Source of the DNA: Octopus sinensis
Taxonomy: Eukaryota
DNA length: 64,000 nt
Reading direction: 5' to 3'
Assembly: GCF_006345805.1 (NCBI RefSeq)
Contig: NC_043015.1
Coordinates: 19,530,001 to 19,594,000 of the forward strand
Part shown: one piece after another, positions 12,673-25,343 of the stretch
Layout: each line of letters opens with the position of its first letter
How positions within the stretch are numbered: the first letter of the stretch is position 1
Translations under genes and position numbers: made by a program
The notes under the pieces: generated by a model
The model's input: only the letters and a program-made list of their open reading frames with translations
Told to the model about the DNA's origin: nothing
Databases searched by the model: none

Positions 12673-14138
12673 ATTTGGATACGTATACTCGAGGGTTGTT
12701 TGATTTGTATGCTCCGAAAAAAAAAATTGGCGGAAAAGGATTTATAACTCCACTTCGTCTGTATCGAAACTACGACAGCGATAACACTAGCTACGAAAGC
12801 AAGAATAAACGGCAGCAATATCAGCCAAAATGCAATTATTAACCATAATGACAACTGCAGCAACGAAACCCTAATGAGCAACAGTTTGAAAACTTGTATG
12901 ACAACAACAACAAAAATAATAATCATAATAAATAATAATAATAATAATAAAAAGAACTTGACTGAAACAACGAAAAGTACAAAAGATTAACAACAGACTG
13001 TAAACAATCTTACGGATCTCGGATTATATTTAACTAAGGGAGCTAAAAGTAGGGAGAAGAGAGAAACTAAGGTGGGGAGCAAAAAGTGAGTTTTGAGTCT
13101 TCCATATTGTCTGTCATCTCTTTCTTTTTTTCTTTCGTTCAGTCTCTCTTGCCTTAATACCTTCTCTCTTTCCTTCTCACATGAGGAGCTGAGAATGATC
13201 TGCAAAACAAAAAGATAAGCCCTTTCATTTCGGAGCTTAACTAATTGATTGCAAATCTATTTTTTGTTTATAGTGTTGGTGATCGCTCGTTTTCATTCAC
13301 ATTGTAAATAACCTTCGAAAAAAAGAAAAAGCAACCCAAATACATGGGCGTCGTAACATTCCGTTTCTCTTCCGCCAAACGTTGACACCTGGTGCTTGCC
13401 TCGTTAATATTAATACAAAAAATGTAACTTTATTTATAAATATATAATTTAAATAAGAAAAGGAAGAGCTATTTCAATACCTAACGATAGCGAATGAGAG
13501 ACCTGCTGTTGAACTTAACGCTCTCACTTCCACCCGTATTCTCACACCTCTCCTCATGCTCACCTTCAGCCTCTCACTTCTACTCATCATCTCTTTCGCT
13601 CCTCTTACTTCCTCTTATGCTCTCCTTTACCCTCTTACTCACACTCCCCCTCAAATCAGCTGAGTTCGTAACACTCGATACTAGTTATTTTGATTCTTGT
13701 TTAATAGACCACTTAAAACTTCTTCACTTCCACAGTGTTGGTCTTCTCGGGAGTGGCATGAACATTACGAAATCCTATTTTTCTTATTCTACCTTTTTCT
13801 TCCTCCCCACCATTCATTTCTTGTAACGTCTAAATGTTCTAAAAACAGAGGAAAACAAACCCATTTAAGAAGGATTAAATTGTAAACACCTAGAAAATAT
13901 TTCAAGTTTTTTTCTGGTTTATTTGGTTTTTTTTTTTTTGCTATTTAGCGAGAATTTTTTCATTTATTTATCAACCATATTGTTGTGAAGTTTACTTTTT
14001 TTTAATTCTTCCGGAGAAAAGAAAATAATTTCAAACAAGTCCTCAAACGCGACAGCTCCCTTTTCCTGTGTCTATGTAGAAAATTATTAATATTATTATT
14101 ATTTGTATAAAAGAAGAAAAAAACACAACAGCAGCAAA

Positions 14139-14478
14139 ATGGCCAATTCCAGCATTGGTCAAAATGTGCGGACATTGGAAGGCCATGCGGCTATGTCTAT
14201 GAAACGTACTGGACCAGACGACTTCCGATGGATCGAAATACAAACTACAACGTTCAGAAACTGGGTGAATGAACAGTTGCCGGATGAAAGTGAAATCTCT
14301 GATTTAGAAACGGAATTTGCTGATGGAATCAAACTTATTGCTCTTGTGGAAGCCTTACAATCGAAACCTATTGGTCGAAAAATCTGTAAGAAACCTCTTA
14401 ACCAACATCAGTACCTGGAAAACTTATCTATAGCATTGGATGCCATTCTGAAAGACAAAGTTAAACTTGTTAACATCG
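14139..14478 (+). CDS. FLN: Filamin (probably jitterbug-like), first coding exon, N-terminal CH1 actin-binding domain
   Basis: ATG 14139 in AAAATG context. RWIEIQTTTFRNWVNEQL…DLETEFADGIKLIALVEALQSK…LENLSIALDAILKDKVKLVNIG aligns by eye with filamin CH1 (WKKIQQNTFTRWCNEHL…DLSDGLRLIALLEVL…LENVSVAL…IKLVSID). Phase-1 donor G|GTAAGC at 14479; candidate upstream acceptor ccttttcctgtgtctatgtAG at 14078-14079. Confidence 0.93.
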
Positions 14479-14868
14479 GTAAGCAAATAATATTTTTGTT
14501 CCGTTCGTGGTTTTGGGGCTTTCATGTTTTAACTGTTGGTGCTATGTATTATTCGTTAACTTTTTAACTCGATTCTATGCAACTTAGCTTCGTAGGTTCG
14601 TTCTACGAGCCTACGAAATTAAGTCGCATGGAGCCAAATCTAACTGTTATTAAATGATAAATGTAACTCATATCAAATATGTTGAATGCCACATTCTTTC
14701 GTTTGTCCACTCAACTATATAAAAGTATCAAATTCTATTTTAGATGTACTTTTTTCTTGACTTCTACGCAACTGACTGATTATACATATATATATATATA
14801 CATTTGTATGTCTGTGCATATATATATATATATATATACATATACACTTGTATGTCTGTGCATATATA

Positions 14869-14900
<32 letters not shown>

Positions 14901-15240
14901 GCGGTGGGGTGAGGTCAGCGGCATAGCTCCTATTTATACTGCCTGGTCTTGCGGTTACTCCCACCACCACCACGGAAAACAGAAGGGAAAGCATTCGACT
15001 TCTTTCTCTTTGTAGGGAGTGGGGAGTATCCAAAGGGATTTTCCACCCAATATTCTACACGCTACATTTTATAGCTTTATCTATTTCGGGTTCCACCGTT
15101 AAATTTAATCTACATCACATATAATTATGTAAAATGCTGCTTCGCCCACCTGAAAGTGGGTGGGGTGCTTTTGTCCCGCCAAAATCTCAAACAAATTTAA
15201 TTTTTAAACAATCCGAACCAAAGTAGTCGAACGAATTTGG

Positions 15241-15508
15241 TTCTTATTCTATCTGTCACTTTCACCAAACCGCTACGTTACGGGGACGTGAAAAAACTAA
15301 CACTGGTTATCAAGCGGCGTTGGGATAAAAACAAACACGCATATACATATACGACGAGCTTCTTTCAGTTTTCGTCTACCAAATCCACTCACAAGGTTCT
15401 GGTTGGCCCGAGGTTATAGTAGAAGACACTTGCCCAAGGTATCACGCAGTAGGACTGAACCCAGAACCATGTGATTTGGAAACAAACTTGTTACCACAAA
15501 GTCATGCC
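15241..15508 (-). mobile_element. SINE family A (partial)
   Basis: Head and part of the tail in reverse orientation. Confidence 0.8.
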
Positions 15509-15529
15509 AGTAGATAAAATAATTATTTC

Positions 15530-15757
15530 TTTATTGCCCACAGGGGGCTAAGCATAGAGGGAACAAACAAGGAGTGACAAAGAGATTAAGTTGATTACAT
15601 CGACCCCAGTGCGTAACTGGTACTTATTTAATCGACCTCGAACGGATGAAAGGCAAAGCCGACCTCGGAGGAATTTGGGTTCAGAGCGTAACGGCTGACG
15701 AAATACCGCTAAGCGTTTCACCCGACGTGCTAACGATTCTGCCAGCTCGCCGCCCTC
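15530..15757 (-). mobile_element. SINE family B, near full length
   Basis: Reverse complement of 52283-52520. Confidence 0.85.
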
Positions 15758-16644
15758 CACTAGACACGATAATATTACAGCATCGAGTGACACAAAACTT
15801 ATTGTATGTTTTTAAAGATGTCATTGACATCTCATGTAAACTTACTGTTATGCATACACACATTGTTGCCCTCACACACACCACTACTACTTACCAGAAA
15901 TGATTATTGAATTCTGCTTCTTGTTTTGCTTTAAGAATAAAAATAGCGGTGGACCCCAATTCCCAGTGGGGAAACACATAGTTAATATTCAATCGGCGCT
16001 AACCCTCACCCCAAATATCTGGCGTTTGTGCTTAAATAAGAAATTATTACTGCTACTTTAGAACATTTACGTTCCGAGTTCAAATTCCGGTGTGGGCGAC
16101 TTTGCCTTTCATCCTTTCGGAGTCGATAAATTAAATACCAGTGACACAGTGGGGTCGATGTAACCGACTAGCCTCCTCCCCCATAATTCCAGGCCTTGTG
16201 CCTATAGTGGCGATCTTTCGTCTCTAGTAGACCTTTCCGTCGATTTCCGTAAAAAAATTTTTTTTTTTACATATGGGCTTGCGGGAACTTTGGAAGTAAT
16301 ATACATACATATACACATACACCGAGTAAAAAATTTCAGTTATCTCTTTCTTTCACACATTACTCTGTCTCTTCACACACACTAACAGAAGCACTTCACT
16401 TACACAACATACTGTCTGTCTCCCACACCCCATCAAACACACACACACACATGTACATCAATGCTTCCCATGCACGGTAACTTAAAAAGAACTTCCCTCG
16501 TCATAAAATCGCTTTCTCTTAGTCTCTTTCGCTTTCATTACTTCAAAAGTTCCCGCAAGCCCATATGTAAAAAAAAAAAAAATTTTTACGGAAATCGACG
16601 GAAAGGTCTACTAGAGACGAAAGATTGCCGAAGGTATTATTATT

Positions 16645-16790
16645 GAGGCGGTGAACTGGCGGAATGGTTAGCACGCCGGGCGAAATGTTTAGAGGTATTT
16701 GGTCTTCCGTTACGTTTTGAGTTCAAATTCCGCGATGTTGACTTTGCCTTTGATACTTTCTGATATAATGAAAGTACCAGTTACGTTCAG
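16645..16790 (+). mobile_element. SINE family B (5' part); another partial copy at ~16060-16210
   Basis: Head ggcggtgaactggcggaatggttagc…gagttcaaattcc following (TAT)n. Confidence 0.8.
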
Positions 16791-17140
16791 TTTATTTCTT
16801 TTATTTCTATTCTCTTGCTTTTTTTTATTGTTCCTCTTCAGAATTTCTCTGTTTTGAAAGTCCCTCGCAGACATTTAAAATTTCAAACTAAATATCGATT
16901 GCATCTGCTTCCGTTATATGGAAGAACCGATACGGAGTAAGGACACTGCATCGCCTTCTCACACTTCAAAGAGAAAAAAAAAATGTCCCCCAAAACTAAC
17001 TGAACGAAAACAAAGCAGAATTGTTTCTTCTTTGAAATACTGATCTCAGTACTTACCATGGATTTGAACTCCGACATCACATTTGCATCTGTACACAAAT
17101 AAACATACTTAACTAAGCCAATTGAAAGAGACCTCTAGAG

Positions 17141-17627
17141 CAGCGTTTTTTAAACATTTTGCCGCGACCCACTGAAGGGTCGGGACCAGAGACGTGCTGC
17201 CTGGGTAGGCAAAATAGGGAGTGCCTACCCTGAATAAAATAGATCGATAGTAATATTTTCCTTTTATGGCAAAATATGAACCTAATTCAATGAAATTATG
17301 AAGGTTACTCTGATTACTATGCATAAAATGCAAAATGTTTTATTTTTTGTAGATTAGGTAGGCATAATTCGCCCCTGCCTTTCAATCTCAGTATTTAAGC
17401 CACACATAGTATTACCGTAGTACTCGTGCTGCGTACATTCCTACAACTTCGTTTTCTTTACGGGCTATTAAGGCAACAGTAAATCTGCCTTCAACTCAGT
17501 CGCGCGCCTGTGTTTCGCGTATTTTTGTGTGTATGTATGTTTTACTACATAAACGTCACCAACTGCCTACCCTGAGTAATTACTGACGGCGCGTGCCTGG
17601 TCGGGACCCACAGTTTGAAAAACACTG
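17141..17627. mobile_element. hAT (Charlie-like) MITE
   Basis: Perfect 8-bp TSD CTCTAGAG (17133-17140 and 17628-17635); TIRs CAGCGTTTTTTAAAC / CAGTGTTTTTCAAAC; repeated internal GCCTACC/GGTAGGC motifs. Confidence 0.9.
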
Positions 17628-19219
17628 CTCTAGAGTAACAGACTTCAAAATAAGTACTGGGGTCGATTTGTTTGACTAAACTCTTCAAGGCTCTGCCCCA
17701 GTATGGCCGCATTCGAATGACTGAAACGAGTAAAAGACGAAAAGCAGGCAGTGTCTATTTACTCAAATGGGCTTCAAAGAGGAAAGGTGTGTAGACTGAT
17801 GGTTAGGGTATTGCATTCGCGATCGTAAGGTAGTGGTTTCGATTCTCGGACTAGGCGGGGTTGCGTTGTGTTGTTAAGCAAAACCCTTCATTTCGCATTA
17901 TTTCAGTTCACCCAACTGTAAATGAGTTCCACCAACTATTGAGGAGTTAACTTTGTGGTGAACTTCCATCTCGTTCTGAATTAAACGCCGGCTTTATGAG
18001 CCCTTCGACTCGTGACAGATACGATTTAAATGTTCTTGGTCCTTTTGTGGTGTTAGTGGGTTGTGGGGGTAAGAGTGCCAAGATTGATCGTTAGGTGAGG
18101 ACGGTGCGCAGTATACAAAATTTGGGCGTGGCAAAAGCTTCAGTGAGTGAGTTACAGTAAAAAGATTTTGAAAAGTATGCGTGCAGGATCTGATGTGTGA
18201 GAGTTTAAGTGCAGGAGATTAGGCGAATCGTTAGAGCGTCGGCATATTGTTTACAGCGCTTTCTGCATTGTTAGCTTTTTTATTTTCCTTTTTCTTCTTC
18301 GGTACTACAGTGCTTCAAGCGAACTACAACGCTGTTACGCACTCTGCTAGCTTTAAGAAAATAAACCTATTCGTAAACTAGCACTGCATATAATCCTAAC
18401 TATTCACAAGAGGCTGAGCGGTCGTATACGGAACATCTTTGATTATAAGGTTTCTCAGTAATTCACCAGAATTACCATCAACCAGCCAGCATTGGACAAA
18501 CTATACGAAGAGATAGGATGGTTATGGTTGGAAGCAGAAAAGGGAAAATAAGAAAGTTTTACAAAAATTAACTTTATAATTCGGGCACAAAAGCCCATCA
18601 TCAGAAAGAAGTAGTCTTGGAAATGTCCAGATATACTGATTCCATTACCTTACTCAAACTTCTAGGAGCTGAGGGAAATTTTGCTGTCATGTTTAGCAGA
18701 TCGAGAGATTGTATGGAATAAGTTGCTTCGTTAGCTCGTAGTGAGCCGATGGTAGTAGTTTAGCTGGTATGTCTGGCGACTGATTGAGATCACACCTCGC
18801 TAAAATGTTTGTAAACAAACTGCCAGAACCATATTGGCACTTGAGAGATACGTGTGTGTATGTGTGTGTGTGCGCGCGCATGTTTCGAAGCGTCAGGATG
18901 TAAGCGTGCAGGCATGCTTGAGAGTGCGGGAGAGAGGTGTATGATGAGTTAACGCTGTGGTTATGCAGCGACCGACTTCATTTAAATTTCTTAGAACCGA
19001 AAACTGTACCTTGGTATTCTCTCATACCGCGTATCAAGCAGCGTGTTGGTGTGGAAGACAACGCATATGAGAGGTCAGAGGTCAACTGTCTCAACTAGAA
19101 AGAGAGAAATTTATAACGTAAAGCTATATATATATATATAATATATATATACATATATATACATATAAACACACAACACACACACACACACACACACATA
19201 CACATACACACACACACAC

Positions 19220-19405
19220 ACGAGGGATGCTGAAAAGTTTATGGCTTTAAGGGTGTTCTAAGTTCTTTTACAAGGCTCAGAAAAACTGAAGGGCGGCTGC
19301 AATAAGTGTGAATCTAGAGGGAAATATGTTGAATAAAATCATAATTCCATGATCCTCCTGTATTTTCTTTCACCCGAAGCAAGGAACTTTTCAGCAGCCC
19401 CTCGT
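19220..19405 (+). mobile_element. mariner deletion derivative (MITE)
   Basis: TIRs acgaggga-tgctgaaaagtt / aacttttcagcagcccctcgt; interior resembles a mariner C-terminus (…CNKC…GKYVE*). Confidence 0.8.
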
Positions 19406-19442
19406 GTGTGCACATAAATGCGTAAATGGCCCTACTACGTGC

Positions 19443-19521
<79 letters not shown>

Positions 19522-19552
19522 AACACACACAGTTAATGCATGAATTTTTATT

Positions 19553-19908
19553 GTATTGTAAGAAGCTTGCTTCCCAAAAACATGGTTTCGGGTTCAGTCC
19601 CATTACGTAGCACCTTGGGCAAGTGTCTTCCGCTATAGCCTCGGGCCGACCAAAGCCTTGTGAGTGGATTTGGTAGACGGAAACTGAAAGAAGCCCGTCA
19701 TATATATATATATATGTGTGTGTGTGTGTTTGTGTCTGTTTGCCACCACCACCATCGCTTGACAACCGATGTTGGTGTGTTTATGTCCCTGTAACTCAGC
19801 GGTTACCGACAGAATAAGTACCAGGCTTACAAAGAATAAGTCCTGGGGTCGATTTGTTCGACTTAAAGCGGTGCTCCAGCATGGCCGCAGTCAAATGACT
19901 GAAACAAG
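19553..19908 (+). mobile_element. SINE family A
   Basis: Head, internal (TA)n(TG)n and tail. Confidence 0.85.
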
Positions 19909-20910
19909 TGGGGAAAAAATGAAAGAAAAGAATATGTTCATACATAGTTACAGCATATGTACGCATGTATACACGCACACACACACTTATATATATACAT
20001 ACACGGGTGTACATATGCATGTAGGTAATACACTAACATTTCCATGCAGGTCTTGCCCAACAGCAGCCGTGCTCAATTCGCTTCGGTTCGTTCGCGTTGC
20101 ACAGCAAACAACAAGGACAGCGACGACGGCTAAACACAACGAGAGAGAGTGGGAGGGGGGATGGAGTTCAGAGGATAGGGAGGAGTAGGAAGAAGACGGG
20201 AAACGGGGGAGTGAACGTGAAAAGAATGTGGCGGGGAAGAGAGGGTGAGAAAAGCACAAAGTGTCGGTAGATGTCACCAGCTGTTCTACAAAAGTAAATA
20301 GCGGCGGTTCTGAGGAGCTGCTGTGATGAGGTAACAGGAGTGAAGTATGTGGAGTGAAGTGAGAGTGAGAGGGGTAGCAGTCTGGTGGTGGAGGTATGAG
20401 TGAATAAATAGGTGAAACAAATTGTCAATAGATGTCAGCAGCTGTTCTATTGAAGTAAATAGCTGCGGCTCTGGGGAGTTGCTCTCAGATAAGATAACAC
20501 GTGGAGTGAGAGAGAATGGGAGTGGAACTAAATGATGAGTAAAGCCAAATTGACTGTTGGCGATGGAGGTTGGCAACCGGTGCAGGTGAATGGATGGAAC
20601 AAATTGTTTATACCGAAGTAAAATACCTGTAACTTTAAGGTTACAGGTATTTTACGGAGAGCTTAACACAAGAATGTGGAGAGAAAGATAGAGTGATAGA
20701 ATGAGTGAAGGGAATCTGAGTGGCGATGGTTGAAGGAACGGAGGCCGGTGGGGCGAGTAAAAGGAATAGGGGACAGTGGTGTTGAGGCTTTGTTGCCCGT
20801 GTAGCCCCTAACTTAGTTCAGATCATTTAGCTCATACATATCTTATGCACGTCCTCATGTTGTCCCTTTTTATTCGTTTATTTGAATTGACTATATATAT
20901 ATAGTCAGTT

Positions 20911-21258
20911 AGGTGCAGGCGTGGCTGTGTAGTAACAAGCTTGCTTCCCAACCACATGGTTCCGGGTTCAGTCCCACTGCATGGCACATTGAACGAGTGT
21001 CTTTTCCCGTAGCCTCGGGCCAAATAAAGCCTTGTTTTGGTAGACGGAAACTGAAAGAAAACTGTCGTGTGTGAGTGTGTGTCCTTACTATCGTTTGACA
21101 ACCGATATTGGTGTGTTTACGTCCCGTAACATCGGCGATTCGGCAAAAGAGACCGATAGAATGAGTACTAGGCTAACAAAGAATAAGTCTTGGGGTCGAG
21201 TTGTTCGACTGAAGGCCATGCTCCAACATGGCCGCAGTCAAATGACTAAAACGAATAA
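20911..21258 (+). mobile_element. SINE family A
   Basis: Head gtggctgtgtagtaac…ggttcagtccc plus tail. Confidence 0.85.
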
Positions 21259-21282
21259 AAAAATATATAGATATTGCCATGT

Positions 21283-21535
21283 GAAGGCACGTGGTCTAGT
21301 GGTTAAGAGTGTTGCCCCCACGATCGTGAGATTGTAGTTTCAATTCTCAGACCGGCATCGCTCATGTCACGTTGTAATTGGATAACCCATCAACAGACTA
21401 ACCTTCCGATCGGGGGGAATGTTGGCCTGTTCGTCTAGCCGGCTGGGTAGCATCATTTGAATTTTAAAACAATACTAAGCGCATTGTGACTAGCGTTGTA
21501 ATACAACCGATCGCCTGGTCGATACTGCCATACAG
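21283..21535 (+). mobile_element. SINE family D; related copy at ~46512-46706 (-)
   Basis: tRNA-like head gtggtctagtggttaag…gtttcaattc; 3' block gcatcatt.gaa…aagcg.attgt.ac.agcg…ccgat..cctggtcgat shared with the minus-strand copy. Confidence 0.6.
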
Positions 21536-21771
21536 TTTTTCGATATCTTTATGTAATAAAAGCCGATATAAATATTGGTTGGTTGGCTGGCTGGCTGGTT
21601 TCTCCAGTCACGCTTTACATCATATTGAGAGAGGTGAGAGAGTAAAAGCGAAATACAGAGATCTAACGTAAGTACACATACTAGGTTTGTTGGCCGGCAA
21701 TGAGTAAATGAATATACACACTCAGTGAAAAACTCATAGAGGAGAAGAGAAAAAAAACAAAAAATATATAA

Positions 21772-21993
21772 AAAGTTGGTGTATAATTATTGCGGCTTTT
21801 TTTTTAAAATAAATTTTATTCAACCAAAACAATAACATTTAACAAAAACATCCTTAAATGATTATTCCGGAGTATATTCACTATCTACTTCAATTGCTGC
21901 CTGGCGTTTTGTTTAAATTAGCGCTTTGTTTAAATATTTTGTTGAATAAAATTTATTGAAAAAAAGCCGCAATAATTATGCACCAACCTAATA
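21772..21993. mobile_element. mariner MITE (Hsmar1/MADE1-like termini)
   Basis: ~50 bp inverted termini gttggtgtataattattgcggctttttt…ttttattcaac / gttgaataaaa…aaaaagccgcaataattatgcaccaacctaata. Confidence 0.85.
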
Positions 21994-21994
21994 T

Positions 21995-22033
<39 letters not shown>

Positions 22034-22524
22034 TATACACACACACATATGTATGAGCGGGGCTGGTATCATAATATAAACTCAAGGGGGAAAATAATTT
22101 TGTGTTCATTTTTTTTTTGTTTATAATTTTTGAATATTTTATTTGATTTTATGTTTGCTTGTTTTTCAAATTTATTATTGAAAAGTTTAAATTGTAATTA
22201 TTATTACATGTATATGATATTTCATGGTGGCAAAAATATACTTCCAAAATAAGCTTTTCTTGTGGACTATATAACTGTATTCTTCCCGAATTTAAAACGA
22301 TCGGGTTGTAATTGGAGAGAGATTTGACTGCCACATCTAGCACGTCGTCTAATCAAATAATGACTCCCTCATTGTGTGTGTGTGTGTGTGTTGGTGTTTT
22401 TCAGTATTTTTACACCAACGTAGCGATTTGGCAGTCGTAAAAACATGGGACAGATAACCTTTTAACCTTATATGATCTAAGTTCTAATCCCACTGGAGTC
22501 AACACAGTCTCTCTCGTTACCTTG

Positions 22525-22801
22525 AGAAAGTGTCTTCTACTATAGTCTCGGGCCGACCAAAACCTTGTGAGTGGATTTGTTAGACGGAAACTGAAAGAAG
22601 CCCCTCGTGTGTGTCTGTTTGTCCCCTATCTTGACGGCTGGTGCCGGTGTGTTTACGTCATCGTGACTTGGCGGTGCGGCAAAAAGAAAACGATAAAATA
22701 AGTACGTGGTTTTAAAACAAATAACTACTGGAATCGATTCGTTCGACTAAAACCCTCTAAGGCGGTGCTCCAGCATGGTCGCAGTCTAATGATTGAAGTG
22801 C

Positions 22802-22843
<42 letters not shown>

Positions 22844-23045
22844 CTTACTGGTTTCAGCCGTTTGACTGCGGCCATGCTGGTGCACTGCCTTTAGCCGAAC
22901 AAATCGGCCCCAAGACTTATTCTTTATAAGCCTAGTACTTATTCTATCGGTCTCTTTTTGCCGAACCGCTAAGTTACGGGGACGTAAACACACCAGCATC
23001 GGTTGTCAAGCGATGGTGGGGGGACGAACACAGACACACAAATAC
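22525..23045. mobile_element. Two family A SINEs tail-to-tail (+ 22525-22800; - 22843-23045); separated head at ~23275-23428 (-)
   Basis: Direct comparison with other family A copies. Confidence 0.8.
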
Positions 23046-23064
23046 ATACATACATATATATATA

Positions 23065-23106
<42 letters not shown>

Positions 23107-23700
23107 TAAGCAATAAAGGGTTTAGCAACGAATTGCCTTACCACATACCGAATTTAGAAATAGCAGTCAAAGAGTTATAGCTACTTCTTCTACTAAAAAG
23201 GGAGATCTCAGTAAAAACAGCAATTGGAAGGCAGACACAAACAGGTAAGAGAGAATGAATATATATATATACACACCTTGGGCTTCTTCCAGTTTCCATC
23301 TACCAAATCCATTCACACGGCTTCGGGCGGCCTGAGGTTATAGTCGAAGGCACTTTCCCGAGGTTTCACGCAGTGGGACTGAACCCAGAACAACGTGGCT
23401 GGGAAGCAATCTTACCACACAACCATATATATTTTCGTTTTTGTACTTGGTTTGCAAGATTCTTTATGTGAATTCGTGTGTTGAAGCATATTTTATTGTC
23501 TAGAGAGAGTCATTCTCTTTTTGTGCCCATCTGATTTCCATTCATTAACTTATTTATTTTTACTAAAATTTCGGTTGCGTCTTGCAACCTTTGCAATAGT
23601 CAACGACTATTTTAGTAAAAATAAGTTAATAAGTGGAAATCAGACCAGTGAGTGTGTTAAATTAATAAGGCACTAAAAGAGAATGACTCACCCCAGACAG

Positions 23701-23748
<48 letters not shown>

Positions 23749-23787
23749 TCTCTCCAGCGCCGCCGTGAACGATACATCATTTGCCCG

Positions 23788-24195
23788 ATGGGGAAAATAT
23801 ACCGCCAGTATTGCCCAAACGACCTGAACATTAGCTTCAAAGTTCATCCAGGGTTGGGACCACGAGCCATACGTCCCCTGCCCAATTCAGGATCACAACA
23901 TATAGGTACACTGCGACACAATTCCTTTCCCTCAGCAGGCCCTGCCCTGTTTAACAGTGTCCCAAAACCGATCAAAAAGGAAAAGGATCCTATTACCTTT
24001 AAACGAAGTCTGGACAAATTTCTTCAAGGAATACCAGATAAGCCACCTATACCTGGATACAACTCAACAAGAACTCACTACTTGAATGGACCATAATACC
24101 ACAAAACTTGACTTAAAAAGGATTTAGATAATCCTATCAGGTGGGGCTATTAAGTTAGACATGGCCTGGACCAATCATTGGTCGAAACATATCTA
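23788..24195 (+). mobile_element. CR1-like LINE 3' fragment (ORF2 C-terminus plus 3' UTR)
   Basis: TLRHNSFPSAGPALFNSVPK…FKRSLDKFLQGIPDKPPIPGY is the typical CR1/L2-group C-terminus; ends in catggcc-stem-loop-gaaac then (TA)n. Confidence 0.8.
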
Positions 24196-24209
24196 TGTTT
24201 ATATATATA

Positions 24210-24572
24210 TAGTGGAGGCACAATGGCCCAGTGGTTAGGGCAGCGGACCCGTGGTCGTAGTATCGCGGTTTCGATTTCCAGACCGGCGTTGTGAGTGTTT
24301 ATTGAGCGAGGCTCCGACAGGGAGTGGTGGAGAACCTTGCTGTACTCTTTCACCACAACTTTCTCTCACTCTTTCTTCCCGTTTCTGTTGTACCTGTATT
24401 TCAAAGGGCCAGCCTTGTCACACTCTATGTCACGCTGACTCTCCCCGAGAACTACGTTAAGGGTACACGTGTCGGTAGAGTGCTCAGCCACTTGCACGTT
24501 GATTTCACGAGCAGGCTGTTCCGTTGATCGGATCAACTGGAACCCTCGTCGTCGTAACCGACGGGATGCCAC
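24210..24572 (+). mobile_element. SINE family C, full length; 3' fragments at ~61520-61630 (+) and ~63895-64000 (-)
   Basis: tRNA-like head tggcccagtggttagg…ggtttcgatttcc; tail cacgagcaggctgttccgttgatcggatcaa shared with the other two sites. Confidence 0.8.
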
Positions 24573-25294
24573 GTTGATGTATATATACATATATATCTAT
24601 CCTCTATGCAAAATTCTTTAGTTTTATTCTGCCAGTCTTCTACTCTCCCGAGTCTACCCTTTGAGAACATGGACTATTTAAGCTTCAATCAAAGAGAACT
24701 GGTTCACGTGACATCAGGGCATGTCCCCAAATCAGTGGTTCGGTATGAAACATGTAGGGAACAGTTTTCCTTCTAACCCTGTATGATTTGACCAGAGGAA
24801 CATCTCTTATTTGACCTACGACTGGGACCCTTCACACAGACTCTGAACCAGAGCAGACCTTGGGTTAACTCCGTTTTTCAAAGACTCCTGACTCTCAAGC
24901 GTGAGTCATACCCTTGGAAGATGAGTGGTATTATAAAACCAATTTGTAACCACACCCCACACTCATCAAGGCTCACACTCGGACATACAGACGCTCTCCT
25001 CACCCCGATCTCTCTCTCCCTCTCTTTCTTTCTCACTGTTTTTCTTTCAAACTCATCCGCAATGCATGTACATACGTACACACACACACTCTCTCTCTCT
25101 CTCATGCTAATACTATCGCATGTGAACATTTACGCATAAACGCTCTCTCTCTCTCTCTCTTTCCTTCTCTTTCTCTCTCCCACACACACACTTTCTCTTT
25201 AAAACACATACACACACTAGCGCACGCTCTTTCACACACACATACCACCACCAACAACAACAACAACAACGAGTTGCGTCTCTTCCACAGAACC

Positions 25295-25343
25295 ATGTCC
25301 GCTGCATTCGCAGAGATCTTTAAACCCGTTGGTTTCTCAATTG
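25295..25343 (+). CDS. Candidate alternative first coding exon of the filamin gene (MSAAFAEIFKPVGFSIG)
   Basis: AACCATG context, 16 codons plus 1 nt, donor G|GTAATT at 25344 in the same phase and after the same I-G junction as the CH1 exon; acceptor-like tctcttccacAG 4 nt upstream of the ATG; not repeat-derived by eye. Confidence 0.55.

Noticed and set aside
19769-19915. Recurrent ORFs such as STRLTKNKSWGRFVRLKAVLQHGRSQMTET and LPNPLTRHWSARGYSRRHL
   Set aside because: They are SINE A sequence read in frame, not a protein family.
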